Source: Octopus sinensis (lineage: Eukaryota). From it: 64,000 nucleotides of DNA. The position numbers were made by a program, and so were the translations under genes. Of this stretch, positions 26,337-36,183 are shown piece after piece; the first letter of the stretch is position 1, and each line of letters opens with the position of its first letter. The notes beneath the pieces were generated by a model. The model did no database searches, was not told the origin of the DNA, and saw only the letters and a list, made by a program, of their open reading frames with translations. The stretch spans positions 114,204,001 through 114,268,000 of the forward strand of contig NC_042997.1 in assembly GCF_006345805.1 (NCBI RefSeq), in the 5' to 3' direction.

Positions 26337-26968
26337 CAGTGGTTCTCAACCATTCTTTACTCATGGACCCCTTAGGTTTGTCTTTTACTCAAATGGACCC
26401 TCATAACCATTCCATACTTTAAAAAATCCTATAGTAATTTTGTAATTAAATATCATTAGGAATTATTAGGAATTGTATTAAAAAAAATTAAAATATTTTT
26501 ATAGGCGCAGGAGTGGCTGTGTGGTAAGAACCTTGCTTCCCAACCACATGGTTCTGGGTTCAGTCCCACTTTGGGCAAGTGTCTTCTACTATAGCCTCAG
26601 GCTGACCAAAGCCTTATGAGTGGATTTGGTAGATGGAAACTGAAAGAAGCTCGTTGTATATATATATGTATGTATTTGTTATTTGTGTCAGTGTGTGTCA
26701 CCCCCGCCATCGCTTGACAACTGATGTTGGTGTGTTTACGTCCCTATCACTTAGCAGTTTGGCAAAAAGAGACTGATAGAATAAATACTAGGTTTACAAA
26801 AGAATAAGTCCTGGGGTCAATTTGTTCGCGTAAAGGTGGTGCTCCAACCTGACCACAGTCAAATGACTGAAACCAGCAAAAGAATAAAAGAAAATTATAG
26901 ATACAGAAGTAATTTATTGCGCATAATTTTTAACATTATTTTATATGGACCCCGGTTAAGAACCATTG
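26337..26968. mobile_element. hAT-type MITE with a nested SINE A (about 26505-26890, +)
   Basis: TIRs CAGTGGTTCTCAACC / GGTTAAGAACCATTG; SINE A head to tail inside. Confidence 0.75.
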
Positions 26969-27215
26969 TTTTTGATGCTAATGCAGTTGTGAGCAGACGT
27001 AGATCCCCCTTTGACCTTCTTACTCCTGACCAAATGGAATAATGAGTAGTGCCTTCCTTATCCGAGGACACCATGCACCACCGATTCCAGGGACTAAACC
27101 TACAAACCTCATGATTATCAACATGAACTGAACACCACTGTGTCTCCTACCTTTCACATTTAGCCAGAGTATAGTACAAACTACCATGTCATACTCACCT
27201 GGTGATGATTAAGCT

Positions 27216-27275
<60 letters not shown>

Positions 27276-27319
27276 TTCTTGCATCCATCTCAAAACACAG
27301 ATACACTCCTATATGTGTA

Positions 27320-27560
27320 CCCCCACACACCTGCCTTTTTCCTCCCTTCTTTACTCCCCCTTAAGAAGTGCATTTGCACCTGGCCCCTGACCCTCGTCCA
27401 GTTGTTTTCTTCTTTCACATCCCTTCTTCATTCTTCTTTTATACTTTTCTTCTGGTGAAGGACTAGCATCTGAAACATTAAGACTCTTTCCCTTCCTTTT
27501 ATAAACATTAAATTAATACAGTATTTATTAAAATTTGTCCTGTTTTCCTTTTGTTTTTGT
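27320..27560 (+). mobile_element. Penelope-like 3' remnant with degenerate hammerhead-like motif (27448-27483)
   Basis: UCUU-CUGGUGA-A-GGA(cuagca)UCU-GAAAC-AUU-AAGA topology in a pyrimidine-rich tail; boundaries approximate. Confidence 0.4.
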
Positions 27561-27691
27561 CCGTTGCCTTCACAACACACACACATGCACTCAAACATGT
27601 TGACAGATATGGATGTTTCGAAATGGTATTTATATTTAATAATTACTCATTTGTCTTAGGTGTCAAGCAATATGAATATTTGCATGTAGGT

Positions 27692-28075
27692 GCAGGCGTG
27701 GCTATATGTGTAAGAAGTTTGCTTTCCAACCACATCATTCCAGGTTCAGTCCAACTGTGTGGTACCTTGGGCAAGTGTCTCCTATTATTGCTCTGTGCCA
27801 ATCAAAGCCTCGTGAGTCGATTTGATAGATGGAAACTGAAAGAAACCTGTCGTATGTATGTATGTACATGGTGTGTGTGTGTCCGTCCCTACCACTACTT
27901 AACAACTGGTGCTGGTGTTTACATCCCTGTAACTTAGCAATTTGGCAAAAGTGACCAATAAAATAAGTGCTAGGCTTTAAAAGAAAAAAGTTCTGGAGTT
28001 GATTCATTCAACTAAAAATTTTTCAATGGGGTGCTCCAGCATGACTGCAGTCTGGTGATTGAGACAAGTAAAATT
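27692..28075 (+). mobile_element. SINE family A
   Basis: Head to tail match to other A copies. Confidence 0.8.
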
Positions 28076-28186
28076 TAACTGTAAATGATGTCAAAAATGT
28101 TATTTTGCCAGTCAAGATTCTTCATTATAGTGAAACCTAACATTATTTACATTTGACGGATATTTGTCCTCATCTTGTTTGTTGTT

Positions 28187-28232
28187 AACACAATGTTTCA
28201 GTTGATATACCCTCCAGCCTTCATCAGGTGTC
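28187..28232 (-). ncRNA. Decayed minimal type I hammerhead ribozyme motif
   Basis: GACAC-CUGAUGA-A-GGCUG(gagggUaUaU)CAACU-GAAAC-AUU-GUGUU; helix I GACAC/GUGUU. Confidence 0.65.
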
Positions 28233-28434
28233 TTGGAGAAATTTCAAACCCGGGTTCTTATTCCTGAGGTATCTTTCGATGTTATATGCCCATGGGCATA
28301 TGGTGTAGTGGTTAAGAATACGGACTAGTAACCCCAAGGTTCCGAGTTCAATTCTAGGCAGTGACCTGAATGATAATGATAATGATAATGAAAAATACCT
28401 TAGGAATAAGAACCCAGGTTCAAAATTTCCCCAA

Positions 28435-28480
28435 GACACCTGATGAAAACTGGAGGGTATATCTGCCGAAACATGTTAAC
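28435..28480 (+). ncRNA. Decayed minimal type I hammerhead ribozyme motif (second arm)
   Basis: GACAC-CUGAUGA-A-AACUG(gagggUaUaU)CUGCC-GAAAC-AUG-UU; 3-nt deletion at the cleavage site and helix I. Confidence 0.55.
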
Positions 28481-29685
28481 AACAAACAAGATGAGGACAA
28501 ATATCCGTCAAATGTAAATAATGTAGATAATGTACATAATTCCTCATCTCTTAGATATAGAACTGTGAAACCTAACATTTGGGACATTTTTTTTGAGATC
28601 TCTGAGTGACTATTGGTTGTGATTAAAGGGGTATGTTGCAATGATGGGTTCTTGATATGAATTACATTTGTGTATTTTGTTGTAGTTCAAAGCGACTAGA
28701 CCGACACATCCCCATTAGGGGATACTTTCAAGGTGTGGGGTATGGTATGTGGTGTCCTATGTTGTGAGTGGATGACACACGGCTGGGGAATGTCAAGGAG
28801 GAATGAAGGGTTGTGTCATCTGTGTGAGAAGGGGTTTTGTAGGATGTAGTGATAAGTCATTGTATAGAAGGAAGAGAGTGGGTGGGGTGGTGCAAAATCA
28901 GACCTTGGGACACACCAGAGTTGATAGAATGAGAATCAGAGCTCCATCAGCAATCAGTGGTCTGCTCTGGTCTACTGGACCAAGAAATGAGAGAGATGAC
29001 GCCTATAGACAGACACTTTCAAAAGATTTACAGGCCAGTCACTGTCAAAAGCTCCATACCCTCTCTCTCTCTCTCTCATGCACAGCTCCACTCTCTCCTT
29101 CTCTCTGGTTCTGTTCCCAGTAAATCTTTTCTAAAACAACAAATCCCAACTATTTGTTGTGAAAAGTAAAAATGAGAAAAATAAAAGTAGAGAGAGAGTG
29201 TGTGTGTGTGTTATCGCCAGAAATCTCCTATATTCCTGGTATTTCCCTCAGTCTGTCTGTGTTCTAGCATCAGGGTTGGTTATTCTTAGATTTAATGCTC
29301 TTGCACACAGGCCTCATCCATGTACACACAGATAGTAGCCTTAACACACACACACACACAGTGCTACAGTTATCAATGCATATACATGCACCCACACAGA
29401 TACCTCAGTCTATGTACACTCACACATACAATCACTGAACACACACTCACAGGTATAAGCCTCGTTCAATGTTCACTCATCCTCATACATAAGTACACAC
29501 ACTCACTCACATATACACTACCTCACTTTCTCTTTCTGATAACACACACTCCCTCATTCACACTCCCCCTCCCCCCTATCTCAAACACTCACATATAGAC
29601 ACCGCAATGTTTGTATGCTTACACACAGGCATAGACTTCATTGTATGTACACTCATTCAGACACATTCACTTGCTTGCACACACA

Positions 29686-29726
<41 letters not shown>

Positions 29727-30344
29727 CTCTCTCTCTCTCTCGTTCTCCCCCCCCCCCTACACAAACACTCAGATGTACAAATTTCGAAATATTTTCTATC
29801 TTGTATATTATTTAGCTTTATATTTCTCTGGATGTTTGTCAAGATTATCATAATGAGTCTTAGGAATATTGGTAAGAAGAATAACACACACACACACACA
29901 CACACATAGAATCTGCTGAGAAGATTTGTTGTGAATAGAACTGATTGTGGTGTTAATATAATGACTCTACTTAACGAATTGATCTGTTTTAGATTGCATT
30001 TCAGCCACTTGGTGGTTAAATATCTATTTTATCAGTTCTCGCGGCTCCTCCCCGCCTCATCATCATCCGACTGTACAGTCATGCATATGGAATGCAGATA
30101 ACTTTCAACCAGCTCTTGTGAAAACTCCATCCTTCCTCTCCCCTGCTTCTCTTCCCCCTCGTCCTTCATTTTGTCTGGTTGCCTGTTGTCCCCTCTCTCA
30201 CTAATCCCCCCCACCTATCTCACTCATAAGCTCGTTACAGTTTGTGTTCTTTTTGTGATTAACACCTGTTTCTTTATATTTAATGATTATCATGGTTAAT
30301 TTTAATAAGATGGTTATGTGTGTGTGTTTCTAAATATACATATG

Positions 30345-30441
<97 letters not shown>

Positions 30442-30504
30442 GTGTGTGTGTGTATAGTAATAGTTTCATGTTAAACAGACTGATCTCTTGTAAATTCCAA
30501 AGAA

Positions 30505-30766
30505 AGACCAGTATTGTAATTGATAGCTACATGATTGAAATAGTCATTAACAATATGAAGGCAGAGAAAGCAGTAGGATCACCAGATGGCCCCGGTGATG
30601 CTGAAAATATTTAGTAAATTCAGGGACATACGAGTCACTGGCATAGTCAATCAGGGAATACAGGATGGAGTTAATCTCAGTGACTGATGCCACAGTGGTA
30701 TCATCAACTGCTATGAAAGAGTATGTCCTAGAAACACCTAGTGTGCATCAAACTGATGGACTAGTC
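30505..30766 (+). pseudogene. Fossil RTE-clade reverse transcriptase fragment, cut by a hAT-type MITE at 30767-30975
   Basis: Across frameshifts: [20 protein letters not shown] / [39 protein letters not shown] / IKLMD, matching the RTE pre-domain-1 pattern (AIxxMKxGKAxG...EMLK...IPxDW...IVNCYKGKG...YRGIKLLD). Confidence 0.65.
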
Positions 30767-31737
30767 CAGTGATTCTTAACCATTTGTTGCCTATGGGTCT
30801 CTTTGGTTCTTGTTTTACTTGGGTGGATCCTCATAGCCATTCAATATTTTAAAAAACCTATTTTTGTAATTAAATATTATTAGGGATTTTATAAAAATAC
30901 TTAAAATATTTTGTGTATAGTAAAAGTATAACCAATTTACTGCACATAAATTTTAACAAAAATTCTTATATAGACATCCCCCCTCCCCATAACTGACAAA
31001 GTGCCAGGCTCCTGGTGAAGGAGATATCAGTCGTGAACATCTCATTTTATTTTCAAACGTGGTGTATCTAGAACTTTATTACTGAGATGTTTTACCTCTT
31101 GAAGATAGTTGGGTGTGCTTTGAGGGAGATTGGCTGTTATTATTAGTACATCGACTGTGTAGTGGCTCTCTTGTAGTGCATATCACAATCATGTACTTTC
31201 AAGTCAGCTCTGACCAAACAGGTCCATCAAAGACAAACGACCAAGATTATCCTCTTCTTTTTTTCTGTAGCAGTGGTATATTTTGGGTTACATCATACAA
31301 ACCATACTTTTTTAAGATGGTATAGTATAATTTGAGAGAGATTTAGCTGCTATTTCCAGCAAATCAAGCAACAGCATTTATGTATCAGTATTTTCATGCA
31401 TCAGTTCAAATGTGTCGTACAAGTCTTCCATGAAATTCTTGTATGAAGTATGTTAATTTAGATACACTAACATATGCTAATATATGTTAATGTATGTGTA
31501 TTTAATATTTTTTACATGATGAAAGGATTTAATATAAAGAAAATTAAGTAAACATTATGTTACTGAGACTTGAGTCTGGTTTCACCAAACATTTTAGTTT
31601 GAAGTTAAATGTGGAACAGGAGAGAATTCTTCAAATTTGAATCAGTCAGTTGTGACTTCATTTAGGATTTTATCAGCTTCTTGGATTAAAATGTTTTTTT
31701 TTGTCTTTTTCTTCTTACATCTGTAAGTTATTCTAAA

Positions 31738-32517
31738 ATGATAGAAACAGAAGATCCTGCAGAAAAAGACCAAACTTCCCACAAAAAGAAACAGATCCAG
31801 AGCAAATGCTCAAATGAAGAAAGGCCAGTATGTATCCATTACAGGCGCAACAAGTGCAAACATGGTCTTTCAGGTACAGGGTGCATGTACAGTCACCCCA
31901 AACCATGCAGACCATATATCAACTTCGGTACTGATCGAAAAAAAGGATGCCAAAATGGCCGAGAATGTGAACTCCTTCACCCAAAGATGTGCCGCAATTC
32001 GCTGAGAAAAAAAGAATGTTTTGGTGAGAATTGCAAATTTATGTACCGGAAGGGTACAATTCGCATAAAAACTACTGAACCCACACCACCAGGACCAAGC
32101 TCAGCATTGTATGAAAACCATTTCCCAAAAATGCGGAAACCAGGTCATGGCTCAGCAGGGTATGAAAACCATTTCCCAAAAATGCGGAACCCAGGTCATG
32201 GCTCAACAGTGAATGAAAATCATGCTACTCAATTGCATACATCAGCTGTAACAAACCCAAACTCGCAGAAATTCGATATAGTAATGAATGAAAGCAGTTT
32301 TTTAGGCATAATCTACCACCTACAACAACAGCTGTACTCCATACAGACGACTCAGCAAAACCAGGCAACATTGATACAAAGGCTGACACCTGGACTTACA
32401 GGGCACATACAACAAATACAGACAGCCCAGCAGACCGAATATCCAGTCAGCACAGTCCCAGCAACTACAACAGTCTTGCCAACAATAGGGCAGATGTATC
32501 CGGTACAACAAGCATAA
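31738..32517 (+). CDS. LINE ORF1 (probably N-terminally truncated): three tandem CCCH zinc fingers, 17-aa repeat, Gln-rich coiled-coil-like tail
   Basis: C-x7-C-x8-C-x3-H, C-x13-C-x5-C-x3-H, C-x8-C-x4-C-x3-Y; 259 open codons. The ATG lies in the flanking AAATG and may be host-derived. Confidence 0.8.
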   Translation: MIETEDPAEKDQTSHKKKQIQSKCSNEERPVCIHYRRNKCKHGLSGTGCMYSHPKPCRPYINFGTDRKKGCQNGRECELLHPKMCRNSLRKKECFGENCKFMYRKGTIRIKTTEPTPPGPSSALYENHFPKMRKPGHGSAGYENHFPKMRNPGHGSTVNENHATQLHTSAVTNPNSQKFDIVMNESSFLGIIYHLQQQLYSIQTTQQNQATLIQRLTPGLTGHIQQIQTAQQTEYPVSTVPATTTVLPTIGQMYPVQQA

Positions 32518-35500
32518 TAACAGCAAATATCCAGGGTCTTTATCCGAAAACAAAACAGTGTAAAGTCCCTTTCTTGGAAGAATTAGCAAGAGAAAACAAC
32601 TCCAAAATAATTGGAATTACTGAAAGTCATCTCAACGAAAACATCCGCAACAGCGAAATCACAATCAATAGATTCAACATCTTCAGATGTGATAGACAAG
32701 GCAGATCCCATGGGGGCGTTATCATGTACATCCATGATACCTATGCATGCATAGAACTTGTCAATGAATCAAATGCCTACTGCAACCTGCTGTGCATAAA
32801 AATCATCCAACTTAATACAGTTGTAACAATAATGTACAGACTGCCAAACAGCCCAACATTATCCTTCACTGAGCCACTGACGAAGCTCCAACAAATTCTG
32901 GGAAACATGGCAAGTCCAATGCCAGACATTATCCTCCTTGGTGACTTCAACTTCCTAACATCATCTGGCCACATGGACACATACTAAAACTGGGGACAAA
33001 AGCTGAACAAATACAGGCAGCCAAACTGTTGGAAGTCACAGAGAAATTATACCTCAAACAAATGATGACAGAAGCAACAAGAAATAATAATACGATCGAC
33101 TTGGTTTTCACCAACAACGAGGACACGCTATTTGACCTTCACTCAACCCCAACAATCCTTTCAGACCACAATATTATTGAAATGCATTTACACATTGGTA
33201 ATGAGCCCAATGCCACAACTCTTAAACAAAAGGACATGCCAAAGCTATGCAGGTATGATTATCACCAGGCAAATTGGGAAACTATTAACAACCAGTTACA
33301 AATCATTGACTGGGATCTCTACCTTACTGGGCCAGATAAACACAAGAAATTCTTAAACAAGATCGAAGAAATATGTGAAAAAAATGTTCCTCTAAAGAAA
33401 ACCAAGTCCACAAAAAAACCTGTACCACGGGAGCGAAAGATCCTGATGCGCAAAAGGTCAAGACTAAGAAACAAAACATCTAAGCTGACATCAAAACATG
33501 AATTACAGAAAGTCCTTGACCAAATATACAGATTAGAAGACAATCTAAAACAACACTATGATGAAGAACGTAACAATGCAGAAAAGAGAGCCATAGAAAA
33601 CATCAAGAAAAATCCAAAATGTTTCTACAGTTTTGCAAAGAAATACTCGAACACCAAGTCATCAATAGGACCTCTCCAGAGACAAAATGGGGATGTAGTG
33701 AATAACCCTATTGAAATGGCAGAAATGTTGGGTCAACAGTATGAAAGTGTCTTCAGTGAGCCATCTAAAACCATGAAGATCCATGACCCAGGAAAATTCT
33801 TCAAGGATATCGACCATACTAAACCTACCCTATCTGACATTGATTTCAACCCAGAAGACATAGCAAGAGCCATAGACAAGCTCTCCATGCACTCGGCTGC
33901 GGGGCCTGACGGTTTCAATGCCATGATACTTAAAAACTGCAAGGTACAATTGTCGAAACCCCTTTACATGATATAGAGGGAATCTATGGAGAATGGCAAA
34001 ATACCAAATACATATAAAGAAGCACACATAACTCCAATACATAAAGGGGACAGCAAATCAAAACCAAAGAACTACCGACCAATCTCACTGACATCACACA
34101 TTATCAAGGTCTTCGAAAGAATAGTTCGTGGAAAACTGGTTGAGTTCCTGGAATCCAACAATCTGATGAATTGCAACCAGCATGGATTCAGGTTAGGTAG
34201 ATCATGCCTTTCCCAACTACTGGCACACCATGACCAAATCCTAGAAAATCTAGAGAATGGATACAACACAGATGTTATCTACCTCGACTTTGCCAAGGCA
34301 TTTGACAAGGTAGATCATGGCATCCTGGGTCACAAACTTCGAAAGCTAGGAGTAGGAGGAAAAGTTGGTACATGGATACATGAGTTCCTTACAAATAGAA
34401 CTCAAACAGTCACTGTGAATGGAACCCATTCAACACCATCACCTGTGACCAGCAGTGTTCCTCAGGGTACAGTACTCGGCCCAATCCTGTTTCTCATCCT
34501 CATCTCTGACATAGATGAAGATACAACCAGCAACGTCTCATCCTTTGCTGATGACACCAGGGTCATGAGACAAATCAAAGACGAGGTGGATACAGAGGCC
34601 TTACAAAAGGACCTGACCACCATATATAAATGGCAGGAAACAAACAACATGTTGTTCAATGATAAGAAGTTTGAACTAATTCGCTACGGAACAGATCAAG
34701 ATCTGAAAAATACAACAAACAACAGAAACCCATCAGGACAACAAATAATGGAAAAACAGTATGTGAAAGATTTAGGCATCCACATGGGAACCAACCTAAA
34801 ATTCAGAGAACACCTTGACTCAGTCTGTCTTACTGCAAGAAAGTACAGCGGGTGGATCTTGCGCACCTTCAAATCAAGAGATACCTCAACAATGAAAACC
34901 CTCTGGAACACTATGATACTTCCGAGGATTGACTACTGTTCTCAGTTGTGGTCACCAACAACAAAGGGCCAACTATCTAAGATAGAATCGCTCCAAAGAA
35001 ATTTTACCTCATACTTCTCAGAAACGAGGGACCTGGACTATTGGCAAAGACTCAAAACCTTGAGGATGTACTCAATAGAAAGATTTGAGCGATACCGAAT
35101 TATATACATTTGGAAAATGATAGAGCAGAAGGTGCCAAACTTTGGTATCAAAACCTACCACTCACTGCGCCACGGAAGACGCTGCCAGCTGCCACCAATC
35201 AACAAAAAGGCTGGTCAGGCAGCAAAAACCCTGCGAGAATCAAGTCTGTTGGTTCGAGGAGCACAACTGTTCAACTCCATTCCGGTACATGTCAGAAATC
35301 TATCAGGATGCAGTGTGGAATCGTTCAAATTGCAACTGGATAGATACTTAAGCACCATTAGAGATGAACCCCATCTCCCAGGATATACACAACGAGCACA
35401 AACTGACTCAAACTCGCTCCTACACATGTCAAAATTAAGCAGAGAATACAACCTGGCAACCACACCAGACTCTGAGGGTGGAGTCTTCGACTTGGCCTGA

Positions 35501-35541
35501 GCATGGACTCAAACCCAAATGAAATGAAATGAAATGAAATG
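31741..35541 (+). mobile_element. CR1-clade non-LTR retrotransposon (LINE), 5'-truncated, young but inactivated
   Basis: ORF1 (CCCH), APE endonuclease and RT; 16-nt 3' UTR then (AAATG)5 tail at 35517-35541; AAATG also at the 5' junction (31736-31740). Confidence 0.92.
32292..35500 (+). pseudogene. LINE ORF2: APE endonuclease + reverse transcriptase, disrupted
   Basis: EN motifs ANIQGL, GITESHL, RCDR..GGV, LLGDFN, TIDLVF, SDH; RT motifs NYRPISLTS, QHGFR, YLDFAKAFDKVDH, VPQGTVLGP, FADD. 1-nt deletion at about 32955 (FPNIIWP restored by adding one C) and TAG at 33974-33976 (IW->I*). Confidence 0.92.
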
Positions 35542-35931
35542 TAAAAAAAACTTTTGGAAATTTTCTTAATTCTGAAAAATGTTCAAAGGATAATGAGCCC
35601 CAGAATTTAAGCCCTCAACACTTGAAATTAAATAAAAACGCTTGTCAATTTTCATTTTCAGTGAGTTTGTTTCCAAATCAGTAAGTTTCCCATTTGTAGG
35701 TTATGAGGAATCTTCATGATTTTTTTCTGTTTACTAAATGAAAAATCATCATCATTTAGTGCCTGTTTTCCATGCCGGCATGGTTTGGGTGGTTTGACAA
35801 GAACTGACAAGCTAGAGGACCAATGTCAAGTTCCAATGTCTGTTTTGGTATGGCTTCTACTGCTGGATGACCTTTCTAATGTCAACCACTCTGCTGAATG
35901 TTATGAGTGTTTTTTTTCTTGATTTCTGACA

Positions 35932-36183
35932 GTGCATTGTGTTCTTGAGCAAGACACTCTATTTCATGTTGCTCCAGTCACTCAGCTGGCAAAAATGAGT
36001 AGTACCAGTAATTCAAAGGGCCAGCCTTGTCACATTCTGCATCACACTGATTCTCTCTCAGAACTATATTAAGGGTATGCATGTCTGTGGAGTGCTCAGC
36101 CACTTATACATTAATTTCACAAGTTGGCTGTTCTGTTGCTCAAATCAACTGGAACATTTGTTATCATAACTGATGGAGTGCCA
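35932..36183 (+). mobile_element. SINE family D body and tail (head missing)
   Basis: cttgagcaagacac...ttcaaagggccagccttgtcac...ggagtgctcagccac...tgatggagtgcca. Confidence 0.7.

Larger units (their letters stand above)
28145..28564 (+). mobile_element. Retroposed element: inverted tail + tRNA-like head + (GATAAT)n + hammerhead-bearing tail; 15-bp TSD
   Basis: TSD GTGAAACCTAACATT at 28130-28144 and 28565-28579; A box TGGTGTAGTGG 28301-28311; B box GAGTTCAATTC 28344-28354; arms of about 130 bp are mutual reverse complements. Confidence 0.8.

Noticed and set aside
28294-28366. tRNA gene (anticodon loop CTAGTAA, Thr-like)
   Set aside because: The acceptor and anticodon stems do not pair properly, there is no oligo-T terminator, and it sits inside a TSD-flanked insertion; treated as a SINE-type head.
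30032-30214. 60-aa minus-strand ORF (MGGISERG...DDDEAGRSREN) in a CpG-containing patch
   Set aside because: No recognisable domain or splice context; mostly the complement of a CT-rich tract. It may be regulatory but that is not supportable here.
24500-30300. CT/GA-rich, relatively TE-poor region as the CUEDC1 promoter or first non-coding exon
   Set aside because: Compositionally suggestive only; no transcription start, core promoter or donor site can be assigned from sequence alone.
32320-35463. Antisense and alternate-frame ORFs over the LINE (e.g. 32320-32589, 33319-33543, 35215-35463)
   Set aside because: They are short shadows of the sense ORFs with no motifs of their own.
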